Source of the DNA: Marinicella sp.
GTDB taxonomy: Bacteria > Pseudomonadota > Gammaproteobacteria > Xanthomonadales > Marinicellaceae
Direction: 5' to 3'
Length of the DNA: 64,000 nt
NCBI GenBank assembly: GCA_965230295.1
Contig: OZ246001.1
Coordinates: forward strand, 608,001-672,000
The notes below the pieces were generated by a model, which saw only the letters and a program-made list of their open reading frames with translations, searched no databases and was not told the DNA's origin. Position numbers and translations under genes: made by a program. The number at the start of each line of letters is the position of its first letter. Positions within the stretch are counted from its first letter, which is position 1. Positions 19,263 through 29,259 of this stretch are shown piece after piece.

Positions 19263-20092
19263 TAAAATTCAGGTTCTTCACGCCACGGTTGACGGTTTAC
19301 ATAAGTCTGTAAACGCTTGATGGCACCAAAGCACAATTCGTCATCGGAATGACTGAATTGCTCTGTGTATTTATCTACCGATAGTTTAAATTCATTTTCA
19401 TCATTGGAAAAGTCCAGATCACAAAAATCTTCCACCACCCATGACTGAACCTCGATGGCTTCATTGTAGTCTGCAATTTCTGCCAACACCGCTGCTTTGG
19501 TATCTAAATAGGCCCAAGGAATGGGTTCCATGCTCGAGTACAAACTTTGTAAATCAGCATAAATTTTCCATGCTTTTTGCCCATTTCTACACTGTTTATC
19601 GGGCAAGGTTGACAGCATCCAGGCATGGTCATTATAAGCAGCCTTGACATCTCTCAATTGTGCTTCATGCAACAACTCATAGGCTTTGTTACAATCAAAC
19701 GCTTCGCCATCAATTTGGTATATGTGGTAAATACTTAAACGGTAAAAGGCTTCACCATGGCCCGCATCTGAGGCTTTCTCAAACCACTGCTTTGCTTCTG
19801 GGTAAGATTGGTCCTGATAAAACATTTTACCCAATTCAAACATCCCGTGAACGTAACCCATTTCGGCCGATTTCATAAACCATTCTTTGGCTTTTACCAA
19901 GTTTTTTTCAATCCCCATTGACCCGTCAGCAAATGCCGAAGCAATGAAAAAGGCACTTTCGGCATGGCCTGCTTCAACTTGCTCCAATAATGCAGTAGGT
20001 ATGATGGATTCTTCGGCTGGCACAATGACATCTTGAGTCGCCTCAACCCCAGTTGAAAGCAACAGGATGATCAAAGTGATTATTTTATCCAT
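19262..20092 (-). CDS. Secreted Sel1/TPR repeat protein
   Basis: Sel1 repeats (AKEWFMKSAEMG, AKQWFEKASDAGH); YLDTKAA. Confidence 0.8.
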   Translation of the reverse strand: MDKIITLIILLLSTGVEATQDVIVPAEESIIPTALLEQVEAGHAESAFFIASAFADGSMGIEKNLVKAKEWFMKSAEMGYVHGMFELGKMFYQDQSYPEAKQWFEKASDAGHGEAFYRLSIYHIYQIDGEAFDCNKAYELLHEAQLRDVKAAYNDHAWMLSTLPDKQCRNGQKAWKIYADLQSLYSSMEPIPWAYLDTKAAVLAEIADYNEAIEVQSWVVEDFCDLDFSNDENEFKLSVDKYTEQFSHSDDELCFGAIKRLQTYVNRQPWREEPEF

Positions 20093-21387
20093 TGTAAAAA
20101 TTTGCGACCTCTGTGTTGGTAATCAGTAAATGCATCAAAACTCGGCGCACCTGGGGAAAACAATACCGTGTCGCCAGGTTCAGAATCCTGTTTTGCTTGC
20201 ATGACTGCCTGTTTTAAATCTGCTACATATATACATTGTGTTTTTATGGCTTGATTCAAGATCAATTGCTGAATTTTTTTGCCATTTTGACCACTGCAAA
20301 CAATCATTTTAGGTGAACTTTCATGCAACTTCTCAACCCACCATGACCAGTCTATCCCACGATCATAACCACCGACCAGCAAAATGGTGTTTTTCATGTC
20401 TACAGTAGACAAAGCGGCCCAAGTGGCATGCGGGGTTGATGAAATGCTGTCATTGATGTAGCTGACTCCTGCTAACCTTGCCACTGTTTCAAGACGATGT
20501 GGTAAAGCTTTGAATGTCTTTAATTCATTGATGACTGTCTTGATGTCTAGACCCAATAGGCCCATCACTGTACAGACGGCAGCAGCATTGCTCAGATTAT
20601 GCACCCCTTTCAGTTGCCAGCCATATACCGAAATCAAGGCTTTGTCTTGATACATCAACACCCCATTGAGCACATAAAACCCTTGCTGGTCTTCAAAATA
20701 GTTTATGTCAGCTTCCAGTGGTTGTTGTAACAACCAATCAGCGCTGTTTGGGTCTTTGGCATTCAGCACCACTTGTTGGGCATGTTGCAGCAGTTGCCAT
20801 TTATCAGCATGGTACTGTGTTTCACTTTTATGCCAATTCAAGTGTTCGCTGTATAGATTTAACAACAGTGCCATATCGGCTTTAATTGCACCATCTTGGG
20901 CCTGATAACTGGAGGTCTCTAAAACCACATAGTCATACTGTTCTAGACATGCAATCAATGGGACACCAAAATTCCCTGCCAACACCACCCGATGGCCTTG
21001 GGCTTGTAAAACAGCAGTCATCATGGCACTGGTGGTACTTTTGCCTTTGGTTCCCGTCACTGCGATGACACAACCTGACTTTTCATTACTGAACCACAAC
21101 GCAGATGAGCTGATGATTTGGCACGAAGCATTCATAGCTGTTGCTTGGTACGGGCTGATTCCCGGTGACTTGATCACCACATCAAATTGGTCCAACACTT
21201 GTGTGGTCACTGCTGCCGTCATGAACGTCACTGTATCATTGTTAATTTCATTGATTTCTTCAGCCGGACAGAGGATGGTGAAATTCAATTCAGGACAGCG
21301 CAACTTCAAATAATCAGCTGTGGCTTTGCCCTCGACACCGTAACCCCAAATGGCCACTTGGGCTGTTTTGAGCCGTTCAAGTAACAT
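20080..21387 (-). CDS. murD: UDP-MurNAc-L-Ala--glutamate ligase (MurD2-type)
   Basis: SPGI, VTGTKGKSTT, ETSSYQ, HRLE, NDSIS, SPGAPSFD; directly downstream of murL. Confidence 0.85.
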   Translation of the reverse strand: MLLERLKTAQVAIWGYGVEGKATADYLKLRCPELNFTILCPAEEINEINNDTVTFMTAAVTTQVLDQFDVVIKSPGISPYQATAMNASCQIISSSALWFSNEKSGCVIAVTGTKGKSTTSAMMTAVLQAQGHRVVLAGNFGVPLIACLEQYDYVVLETSSYQAQDGAIKADMALLLNLYSEHLNWHKSETQYHADKWQLLQHAQQVVLNAKDPNSADWLLQQPLEADINYFEDQQGFYVLNGVLMYQDKALISVYGWQLKGVHNLSNAAAVCTVMGLLGLDIKTVINELKTFKALPHRLETVARLAGVSYINDSISSTPHATWAALSTVDMKNTILLVGGYDRGIDWSWWVEKLHESSPKMIVCSGQNGKKIQQLILNQAIKTQCIYVADLKQAVMQAKQDSEPGDTVLFSPGAPSFDAFTDYQHRGRKFLQWIK

Positions 21388-22735
21388 CGGTCAATACCTG
21401 CTTAAAATTTCGCTTTTCTGGTAATCCATGCCCTTTACTGGCAGTCATGATGGTGACGGCTTCAGCGGCTTCAATCACCGGCATTTGTGTCAGCCAAGAT
21501 TTTACTTTAGGGTTATTCTGCCAATCCGGATGCGCTGACAACAGCTGTAATGCCAGGCGACATTCCTGTTCTTCGCCCACACACTCAAATGGCTTAACAC
21601 CCTGGATACCCAATAATGATTCAAATAACTCATCCAGTTGGTCGTCTGCCAACAAATTCTTTCTGAAAATACCCAATAATTTATCTTTCGAGACAAAGGG
21701 TGCCAAACACAGAAACACAAATGCACATTTGGGGCAGTGGCCACACCAATGGTGTGCTTCGTTTTGCGAACCGGCTAAATGAAAGTTCCGATTACAACTG
21801 GAGAAATGAGGAAAATAGCGTTCGAGGTGTGAAAATTTTTTCACAATGGCCAACTCTGAAAATGGCCTCAACAATGAAAAACAATCCAGGTCTTTGGCGA
21901 TTTGTTCCTCAATCACCTGCTGCCATAGCAACTCATAGGCCAGTGATTTTGAATGTTGATGATTGACCCACTGACCCGATTCAGCTTTGAAGTTACCGAC
22001 TTCAGCTGATCGTTCATTGGAAAACACCACAGAATCAAAATCAAATATCAAAGCAGCGGCCACTGCGACACAGGCATTTATGGCAGTGATGGGCACATGA
22101 CCATTGAAAGCTCCGGCGGCATTGGCCTGCGACAATTTACCGTCCACTTGCCGCTTAATTTGCAGCAGTGGCAAACCCGTTTCATGAGCTACGCCCTGGA
22201 TAAATTCAGATTGACCCACCATGAATAAACTGGCCTCTTCACCCATGGATTTGATGGCTTCAATGCTGACCAAAGAATCCTTGCCACCTCCTATGGCCAC
22301 CAATGAACGGGGGGCTAAATGCGAAGTTTGTGCTACAAGCACCGAGGCTTGTTGCCCTGTAAATTGGATGTGGTCCAGCCAGGGTAAACCATTTTCAAAG
22401 GCCAATTCAGCCAACCCAGCTTGCCAGGTTTGGGTCAACCACTGTGCCTGCAATTCACTGGGCGTTCGACCAGTAAATGACAATTTTGGGGACAAGGTGG
22501 TTTTGTAATAACTGACTCCAGCCATCCAGTGCAAACAATCAAAAGCAGCCTGCAGTGGTTTTTTGACTTTTTTCAAGCGTTTTGGGTCTGGCTTGGGGAA
22601 TTGATAGGATTCAGTGAAATCGCCGAACTCAGGATTTGAGTACCTCAGCTCAAGTGTGCCACTGTCGACACAGAAATCCCAGTCTTTGAAACAGAATCCC
22701 ATACCAAACTTTGCTTCAGGATGGGCTCCCATCAA
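21377..22735 (-). CDS. murL: UDP-MurNAc-L-Ala-L-Glu epimerase MurL
   Basis: AGVSYYK, IGGGKDSLVS, NGHVP, SNERSA, NHQHSK, SSCNRNF, WCGHCPKC, KPFECVG. Confidence 0.85.
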   Translation of the reverse strand: MMGAHPEAKFGMGFCFKDWDFCVDSGTLELRYSNPEFGDFTESYQFPKPDPKRLKKVKKPLQAAFDCLHWMAGVSYYKTTLSPKLSFTGRTPSELQAQWLTQTWQAGLAELAFENGLPWLDHIQFTGQQASVLVAQTSHLAPRSLVAIGGGKDSLVSIEAIKSMGEEASLFMVGQSEFIQGVAHETGLPLLQIKRQVDGKLSQANAAGAFNGHVPITAINACVAVAAALIFDFDSVVFSNERSAEVGNFKAESGQWVNHQHSKSLAYELLWQQVIEEQIAKDLDCFSLLRPFSELAIVKKFSHLERYFPHFSSCNRNFHLAGSQNEAHHWCGHCPKCAFVFLCLAPFVSKDKLLGIFRKNLLADDQLDELFESLLGIQGVKPFECVGEEQECRLALQLLSAHPDWQNNPKVKSWLTQMPVIEAAEAVTIMTASKGHGLPEKRNFKQVLTDVT

Positions 22736-24048
22736 TCACCTGCAATGGTCATTTCTTCTATCAGCCATGAGCCAGTTTGAATCTTGCTGCGGGTATCAAC
22801 ATCATCACCCACTGCCAACAAAGACTGGTACATGTCCTTCAAATGCCCTGCAATGGTTAATTCACTGACCGGAAATTGAATTTCGCCATGCTCTACCCAA
22901 AACCCTGAAGCACCGCGAGAGTAATCACCGGTGACTGCGTTCACTCCTTGGCCCATCAGTGATGTGACATACAGACCTTTTTGCATGTTTTTTAACATGT
23001 CAGTGGTATTTTCTGTGGGAGAATCTACACTCAAATTGTGTGCCCCACCTGCGTTTCCGGTGGTTTGCATACCCAACCTTCGGGCTGAATATACAGACAG
23101 TAAAAAACCACTCAGCACACCCTGGTCAATGAGGTTTCGCTGTTGGGTTTGCACCCCGTTACTGTCAAAATTACGGCTGGCGAATCCAGCCGCCAGAAAT
23201 GGATTTTCGTTCAAACTGAACCAAGCAGGAAATATGGCTTTATTCAGATCATCTTTTAAAAAACTGGCTTCTTGATACAAAGCACTGCCACTGATGGCAG
23301 ACAGGGCATGCCCAAGCAGTGATTTGGCACATGATGGATCAAATAAAACCGGCGCCTTGGTTGATTTGACTTTCTTTGAACCCAATCGCTTTAACGTGCG
23401 TTCAGCCGCTTTGGCTCCCAGTTCACCAAGCGGCATCAATGAATCAATATCGCGACTGGCATCCCACCAATACTCTCGCTCCATGAGCCCGTTTTGAGTG
23501 GCAATGGCCACCACACTGGCTGATACGTTGCTGCCTCGTTTTTCACCAAAGAAACCGGCTGAGTTGGCATAAATACTGTGGCCTTCACCGAGTTGAACAT
23601 TGGCTTCATCTACATTGATTTCAGCACCTGCTTGACTGGCATAATCAACAGCGCCTTGGTTGGCCATCAAGGCCATGTCCACCAATTCATCTGCCGTTCT
23701 TTGGTTCTCATACTGGGTTTTCAAATCTTTAAAGTCAGAACAGAATAAATGTTCATCAGCCAAGCCTGCGGCCTCATCAGCCTCGGTCAGGCTGGCAATG
23801 GCCACCGCTTTCTCAATGGTTAAATCGATATTGGCCGGATCAATCACAGCTGTAGATGCAGATCCTTTGGCTTGATTCTTGTACGCTGTCACAATCAGGG
23901 ATTTATCATGGTTATTTTCAATGGTATCCACTTCACCATCACGACAACTGACCGACACACCAGATCCCTCTGAATAAACCACTTCAGCTTCAGTGGCACC
24001 TTGTTTTGTTAATTTTGCTAAGACTTGTTCTATGATCGCAGATGACAT
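22732..24048 (-). CDS. pmbA: Metalloprotease PmbA (TldE)
   Basis: TTGNAGGAHN, GQGVNAVTGDYSRGASGFWVE. Confidence 0.92.
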   Translation of the reverse strand: MSSAIIEQVLAKLTKQGATEAEVVYSEGSGVSVSCRDGEVDTIENNHDKSLIVTAYKNQAKGSASTAVIDPANIDLTIEKAVAIASLTEADEAAGLADEHLFCSDFKDLKTQYENQRTADELVDMALMANQGAVDYASQAGAEINVDEANVQLGEGHSIYANSAGFFGEKRGSNVSASVVAIATQNGLMEREYWWDASRDIDSLMPLGELGAKAAERTLKRLGSKKVKSTKAPVLFDPSCAKSLLGHALSAISGSALYQEASFLKDDLNKAIFPAWFSLNENPFLAAGFASRNFDSNGVQTQQRNLIDQGVLSGFLLSVYSARRLGMQTTGNAGGAHNLSVDSPTENTTDMLKNMQKGLYVTSLMGQGVNAVTGDYSRGASGFWVEHGEIQFPVSELTIAGHLKDMYQSLLAVGDDVDTRSKIQTGSWLIEEMTIAGD

Positions 24049-24180
24049 TTTTGATTGGTATTTTGGCTGTTCAATAAGGGTGACAGTTTACAAGATTTGA
24101 CACAGACTTTGTCAAAATGATACCTCACTATTTAGTACCTTTTTGGTATCATTCAAGTTTCTGAACAAAAATGGTCCTCA

Positions 24181-24732
24181 ATGAGCCGAAAAAGCAAACA
24201 CAACAACCCCTCTGAAAACCATACACAAGACGATGAAGTCATCAGCAAAACCCAAAAAAAGCAAATGGTTCATGAGTTACAAGAACTGGCTAAAGTCATC
24301 ACCGGCATGCCAAAGAAGAAAATCGCTCAATTAGACCTGTCTGACAATTTCCTGGATGCCATCAACGAGTCCAAACGCATCACCAGTCACATAGCCAGAA
24401 AAAGACATTTCCAATACATGGGTAAACTACTGCTCAAAGCCGATCACACAGCCATCAAAGCACAGATTGAACAAGTTGAGAACAGTGACGGCCACTACCA
24501 AGTCAGAGATGCGGTGATTAACTTATGGATTGAACATTTTGTCGAGCATGAAAAAAAACTGTTTGATCATCTGTACCAGCACCATGACAATGAATTACTC
24601 AGTGCCCTCAGACAAACTTTAAGAAATCACCGCAAAAAACCTGATAACACGGCCAACCGGAAAAAACTATTTCAAGCACTGCGTCAGCTTGACCAGCAGA
24701 TTGAATTACCCAATCCGGTGACCTTGGTCTGA
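24181..24732 (+). CDS. yjgA: Ribosome-associated protein YjgA/DarP
   Basis: SKTQKKQMVHELQ...ARKRHFQYMGKL; divergent from pmbA as in other gammaproteobacteria. Confidence 0.85.
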   Translation: MSRKSKHNNPSENHTQDDEVISKTQKKQMVHELQELAKVITGMPKKKIAQLDLSDNFLDAINESKRITSHIARKRHFQYMGKLLLKADHTAIKAQIEQVENSDGHYQVRDAVINLWIEHFVEHEKKLFDHLYQHHDNELLSALRQTLRNHRKKPDNTANRKKLFQALRQLDQQIELPNPVTLV

Positions 24733-24738
24733 CTCAAT

Positions 24739-24887
24739 GGAAAGCTGCTGAGCAGCTTGACCCGCCGAGCCGGTTGGTGAGCCTTGCGAAACAGAGGCGA
24801 AGAGCGCGAGGTAGCATGTCATGTTCGCCGTGGTCGCTTTCACTTTTGTCAGGAACAAAAGTGAATGAAGCCCCAAGAACATTCCTT
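24739..24887 (+). repeat. Modular palindromic intergenic repeat, copy 2 (minimal, ~150 bp)
   Basis: First ~37 nt nearly identical to 53939-53975; tail nearly identical to 1446-1494 and 54547-54571. Confidence 0.9.
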
Positions 24888-24899
24888 AGTTAATGGCGC

Positions 24900-25592
24900 C
24901 TATTCAGCATCTGATATTTTAAGCCCCACACCTGGGATGGTGTGTAGCAGTTGTTTGTCGAAAGGTTTGTCGATGGTTTTGCGTAAAATATACAAATGGC
25001 TGCGCAACACATCTGAATCTGGAATCAAGTCACCCCATAACTGCTGTGCCAGCTGATCTTTTGACACCACTTCTGGTGATTTTTTCATCAAAATTTTCAA
25101 AATTTGCAGGCCAGTGGGAGAGACTTTCAGTTTTTGTTTTTCTCGGGTCACCTCCATTGTCCCCAGGTCAAATACCAAGTCACCCACTTTCATTGCTTTG
25201 CTGTCAAATTCACCTCTATGACGCCTGATCATGGATTGCAACCTGGCAATCAATTCATCAGGGTTAAAAGGTTTGGCCAAATAATCATCGGCACCCGTAT
25301 TGAACCCCTTGAGCTTGTCGCCAATCTGGTCTCTGGCTGTCAACATGATGATCGGTACATCAGATTTGGCTTCCCTACGGATTTTATCGCATATCTGAAA
25401 ACCATCTAATCCAGGTAGCATCACATCCAATATCACTGCATCGTAGGGGTTGGTGACTGCCAAATGAAGACCAGTGATACCATCTGCTGCAAAATCCACT
25501 GTAAAGTCAGCCAACTCTAAATGGTCAGCAATGGTTTGAGCCAGGGCTTGGTGGTCTTCCACTAATAGTACATTTGTGCTTTTCTGAGTCAT
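24900..25592 (-). CDS. OmpR family response regulator
   Basis: REC domain (VED, LDVMLPG, LTA, KPF) plus winged helix. Confidence 0.93.
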   Translation of the reverse strand: MTQKSTNVLLVEDHQALAQTIADHLELADFTVDFAADGITGLHLAVTNPYDAVILDVMLPGLDGFQICDKIRREAKSDVPIIMLTARDQIGDKLKGFNTGADDYLAKPFNPDELIARLQSMIRRHRGEFDSKAMKVGDLVFDLGTMEVTREKQKLKVSPTGLQILKILMKKSPEVVSKDQLAQQLWGDLIPDSDVLRSHLYILRKTIDKPFDKQLLHTIPGVGLKISDAE

Positions 25593-25601
25593 GACTATAC
25601 C

Positions 25602-26936
25602 TTATTGATTTGTGGCCAAGATTTCAACTTCTGGCAGGGTTAAAATGGCTTGGGTTCCTGCTCCCAGCTCGCTTTCAAATGAAATGTCCCACTGGCATTG
25701 TTGACACACCATATCAACGATGGACAGCCCCAGTCCAAAGCCTTTTTCCTCACCGTGTTCATCCGCCCGATAGAAGGGTTCCATGATGCGTTTCAGTTGT
25801 TCTTCATTCATGCCCTTGCCATTGTCTTGTATGATGATATTCGAGCCGTCCACCACAACAGTGATTTCTGCGGATTCAACTGAATAAATACATGCATTTC
25901 GAACCAAATTACTGATCACAATAGCAAACAACTGTTCTGAAATATGGGCTTGAATCAGGTTTTTCGGTTGCCAATTCAATTTGATGTTTCGAGGGTCAAA
26001 TAATCTGATGGTATCTTCAACAGTGCTTTTCAATAAATCATTGATTAACAGTGGTTCATCGGAAATTTCAATCACTTCATCACGTGATAGCATCAACAAC
26101 GCTTCTATCAATGCCTGCATGTCCTCAATCATGGGTTGCATGCGATCGACCAGTTGATGCCCTTTGTCTGTAAGTTCCTGGCGTTTCAACAATGACATGG
26201 AACCTCGCAACACCGTCAGTGGTGTTCTGAGTTCATGTGAAGCATAACGTGAGAAATTGCGTTCTCGATTGATCAATTCTGAGATCCGATCAGAGAAATT
26301 TTGGAAGGTATCAATCAAAGTATTAACGTCAACATTGCCAATTTTTTTGATGTCATCAAATTCCAGATCGTGCAAACCTGAACGCGATATTTTCGCACTT
26401 TCTAAACGGTTGACCAACTTCAACACCGGAGAAAAGGCACGCTTAGAAAACACAAATGAAATGAATGCCGGCAAATACACGATCAACAACACGATGATCA
26501 ACGGTGTGATACCAAAATACAGCGCCAGCTTGGATACTTGCGCTTCTTCAAACACCAAAATCAGTTTTCTGTTGCCCTTCTCCGTCACGTAAGCGATGGG
26601 TTTTTTGCCATTGATTGATATCCTTTGGTATTGCTCAGTGATGTTCTTCAGTGCTGCAGGCACTTTTGAGTAATCATCATCGTAAATCATGTAACCGGTC
26701 AGATTCATGGTTACAGGTAACGGAAAATCAGGTTTTTGTGCTTTGTGCTCCCAATAAAATTCCGCTTCACCTATCAAGGCCTCCTTGATCAGCACGTCTT
26801 CTACCACTTTTGCGGCACCAATCACGCCCCCAATGGTAGCAATGCTGATGAAAATAATTTGGAAGATGAACACCTTATTGAGGCGGCTGACCATGCTCCC
26901 TTTGGCTGCTTTGTTCTTTTTGACCGTTTTTTTCAT
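25602..26936 (-). CDS. Sensor histidine kinase
   Basis: Two TM helices, SHELRTPL, NLVRNA, DNGKG, GFGLGLSIV. Confidence 0.93.
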   Translation of the reverse strand: MKKTVKKNKAAKGSMVSRLNKVFIFQIIFISIATIGGVIGAAKVVEDVLIKEALIGEAEFYWEHKAQKPDFPLPVTMNLTGYMIYDDDYSKVPAALKNITEQYQRISINGKKPIAYVTEKGNRKLILVFEEAQVSKLALYFGITPLIIVLLIVYLPAFISFVFSKRAFSPVLKLVNRLESAKISRSGLHDLEFDDIKKIGNVDVNTLIDTFQNFSDRISELINRERNFSRYASHELRTPLTVLRGSMSLLKRQELTDKGHQLVDRMQPMIEDMQALIEALLMLSRDEVIEISDEPLLINDLLKSTVEDTIRLFDPRNIKLNWQPKNLIQAHISEQLFAIVISNLVRNACIYSVESAEITVVVDGSNIIIQDNGKGMNEEQLKRIMEPFYRADEHGEEKGFGLGLSIVDMVCQQCQWDISFESELGAGTQAILTLPEVEILATNQ

Positions 26937-27976
26937 GAACTGGATGACTGTTGTTTACTGAACAAATAATGCGCCACAAACCACTGCCTACCTTGGTCAT
27001 AACCGAACAACTCGGCACATGACATGAAGAAAATTCGCCAGCGCTGAAACCACAATTTGGCCTCGGCACCATAAACTTGATCGAAGATTGGCATTATTTG
27101 TGCTTTGTTTTGGTCCATGTTTTCCAACCAATGATTAGAAGTTTTTTCATAATGCTGACCAGAGTTTAGCCAACGTCTTTCTATTTTAAGTTGTTCTTGA
27201 AAATGATAAAAGGTGTCTGCCGCAGGCATTTGCCCACCGCTGAAAAAGTACTTGGCCATCCAATTATCTTCACCTTCAGCGATAAAAGGATACATCAAAA
27301 AACGATGACAAAATACATGCACAAACAATTTACCATCGGGATTAAGCCAACCAGCAATGTTTTTAAATAAATTTTGGTAATTCCTGACATGTTCAAACAT
27401 TTCAATTGAGATCACACGATCGAACTGTTGGTGCAGTTCCAGCTCGTTGATGTCACATGTGATGATGTTGATATTTTCAAACCCTTTGGCTTGTGCCTGA
27501 GACATGATGTGGCGACGTTGTGAATTTGAATTAGAAACACCTGTAATTTTAGAGTTGGGCAATTTTTCTGCCAAATACAAGGTGATTGACCCCCATCCAC
27601 ACCCTAACTCAAGAATGTCTTGACCATCTATGAACTGTCCACGTTCAAGGTAAAGTGCCAACATGGCCTCTTCTGCCTCATCCAAAGTTTCATTATCATG
27701 GTAGTAACACGATGAGTATTTTCTTCTGGCACCCAAGGCATATTGATAAAAATCGGCATCCACTTCGTAGTGTTGCTCATTGGCTTTGTCGGTATCGATG
27801 GCCAATGCAGAAGTTTTGATCTCTTCGAGAAACTCATGGTACCTGGCATCACATTGTTCTACATCATCTGCTTTTTCCTCTACCAACCGCTGCCTGACCA
27901 ATTTTCTGATGCCTGCTCTGACCACAAAGTCAGGTAAATAGCCTTTCTCGATCCATTGAATCAGTGTTTTAATCAT
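26933..27976 (-). CDS. SAM-dependent methyltransferase, CFA synthase-like
   Basis: ANEQHYE, LELGCGWG, SIEMFEH; start taken at MIKTLIQW. Confidence 0.88.
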   Translation of the reverse strand: MIKTLIQWIEKGYLPDFVVRAGIRKLVRQRLVEEKADDVEQCDARYHEFLEEIKTSALAIDTDKANEQHYEVDADFYQYALGARRKYSSCYYHDNETLDEAEEAMLALYLERGQFIDGQDILELGCGWGSITLYLAEKLPNSKITGVSNSNSQRRHIMSQAQAKGFENINIITCDINELELHQQFDRVISIEMFEHVRNYQNLFKNIAGWLNPDGKLFVHVFCHRFLMYPFIAEGEDNWMAKYFFSGGQMPAADTFYHFQEQLKIERRWLNSGQHYEKTSNHWLENMDQNKAQIMPIFDQVYGAEAKLWFQRWRIFFMSCAELFGYDQGRQWFVAHYLFSKQQSSSS

Positions 27977-28748
27977 TTTGGGGTCTCCATAGTATAAAAG
28001 GACTGGTTTTGTCCATATAGTCTCTGTAAGCTTGTCCACGTTTTTTCAAGGCTTGCTGTTCTGAAAATGGGATGCCGGTCAATTTCAACAAAAACAACAG
28101 CATCAAAAAGACCACGGCAATTGACCACCAAAAATATTCACTGCCCCACAACAATATGGGATAAACAAACCAATGCAACCACTCGAAAAAGTAATTGGGG
28201 TGTCTGGAATAACGCCACAAACCCACATCACACACTTTTGAAGTGTCATGACTGCGTTTAAAACTCAACAGTTGTCGATCAGACACTGTCACCCCTACCA
28301 GAGCCACACCACCGACAATCAGACTGGTCACGACCTGTGACCATTGCAACTGGGCTGTGGTCAGCACCCAATATGCGGTCAGCGAAAACAGGACTGACAG
28401 GCCAGCCTGAAACATGAAAAAGGACAGAAATTTAATTTGGGTGTTAGCTGACCAGTGGGCCCTTAAATTTTGATATCGACTGTCTTCATGGTTGGCATCA
28501 TAGCGATCGACCAAATGAAACAACAACCGGCTGTACCATATGACTGGGAAAACAAACACCACCCACATGGTCAAATCATCAGCGGGAATCAGAAACATAT
28601 AAATCACCGTACAAACGATGATACCTAAGGTCCAAGCTATGTCTACGGTATCGGCATTGTTGTTTTTGCGCTGAAGATGCCAGGCAAATAACTGTAACAA
28701 TACACATGCCAGGGATGCATAAACAATGGGGTGATTAAGCCACAACAT
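27969..28748 (-). CDS. DUF1295 family membrane protein
   Basis: VDIAW, EDSRY, GLWRYSRHPNYFFEW, GIPFSE. Confidence 0.88.
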   Translation of the reverse strand: MLWLNHPIVYASLACVLLQLFAWHLQRKNNNADTVDIAWTLGIIVCTVIYMFLIPADDLTMWVVFVFPVIWYSRLLFHLVDRYDANHEDSRYQNLRAHWSANTQIKFLSFFMFQAGLSVLFSLTAYWVLTTAQLQWSQVVTSLIVGGVALVGVTVSDRQLLSFKRSHDTSKVCDVGLWRYSRHPNYFFEWLHWFVYPILLWGSEYFWWSIAVVFLMLLFLLKLTGIPFSEQQALKKRGQAYRDYMDKTSPFILWRPQND

Positions 28749-29259
28749 TTTTGTTCAACTCCTTGTTCTGGGTGAGTAACACCAGTGCCGCAAAATACAG
28801 CAGCCATGTGATACCAACAAAGGACATGGCTTGCCACAAATTATTGATCGAGATGGCACCTAATTTGGCTGCTGAAAAGTAACTCAATGGTGCGCCAATC
28901 AACATGAAGGCCCCACCGATGATTGGATTATTCAACAACCATTGCATGCCCACACGGACAGTGGCCGCAAAGCCTACCCACAACATCATGATCCATGCCG
29001 GTGGCAAATAACTGACTTCATGCAGGGTATGGCTGTAGGTGATGACGCCTTGAAATGCCAGAAACCCGTCAAACAACAATCCACACAACACACTCAAGAC
29101 CATGATTTTGCGATCAGTTTTGTTGATGCCCTGATAGATGAATGTAACCAATAACAGCAGGCTCAGCATCAGCAATGCCGGCCACAACATCTGGTTCGCC
29201 GCACCCAAAACACTGGCAAACCACAACAAATTCAGTAAAGTGATGTTGATCAATATCAT
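28735..29259 (-). CDS. DUF2878 family membrane protein
   Basis: PAWIMMLWVGFA, GAPLSYFSAAKLGA; start at the TAATG overlap. Confidence 0.8.
   Translation of the reverse strand: MILINITLLNLLWFASVLGAANQMLWPALLMLSLLLLVTFIYQGINKTDRKIMVLSVLCGLLFDGFLAFQGVITYSHTLHEVSYLPPAWIMMLWVGFAATVRVGMQWLLNNPIIGGAFMLIGAPLSYFSAAKLGAISINNLWQAMSFVGITWLLYFAALVLLTQNKELNKNVVA

Noticed and set aside
24096-24116. TTTGACA-N7-TGTCAAA inverted repeat between pmbA and yjgA
   Set aside because: Could simply be back-to-back -35 elements of divergent promoters; no other support for an operator
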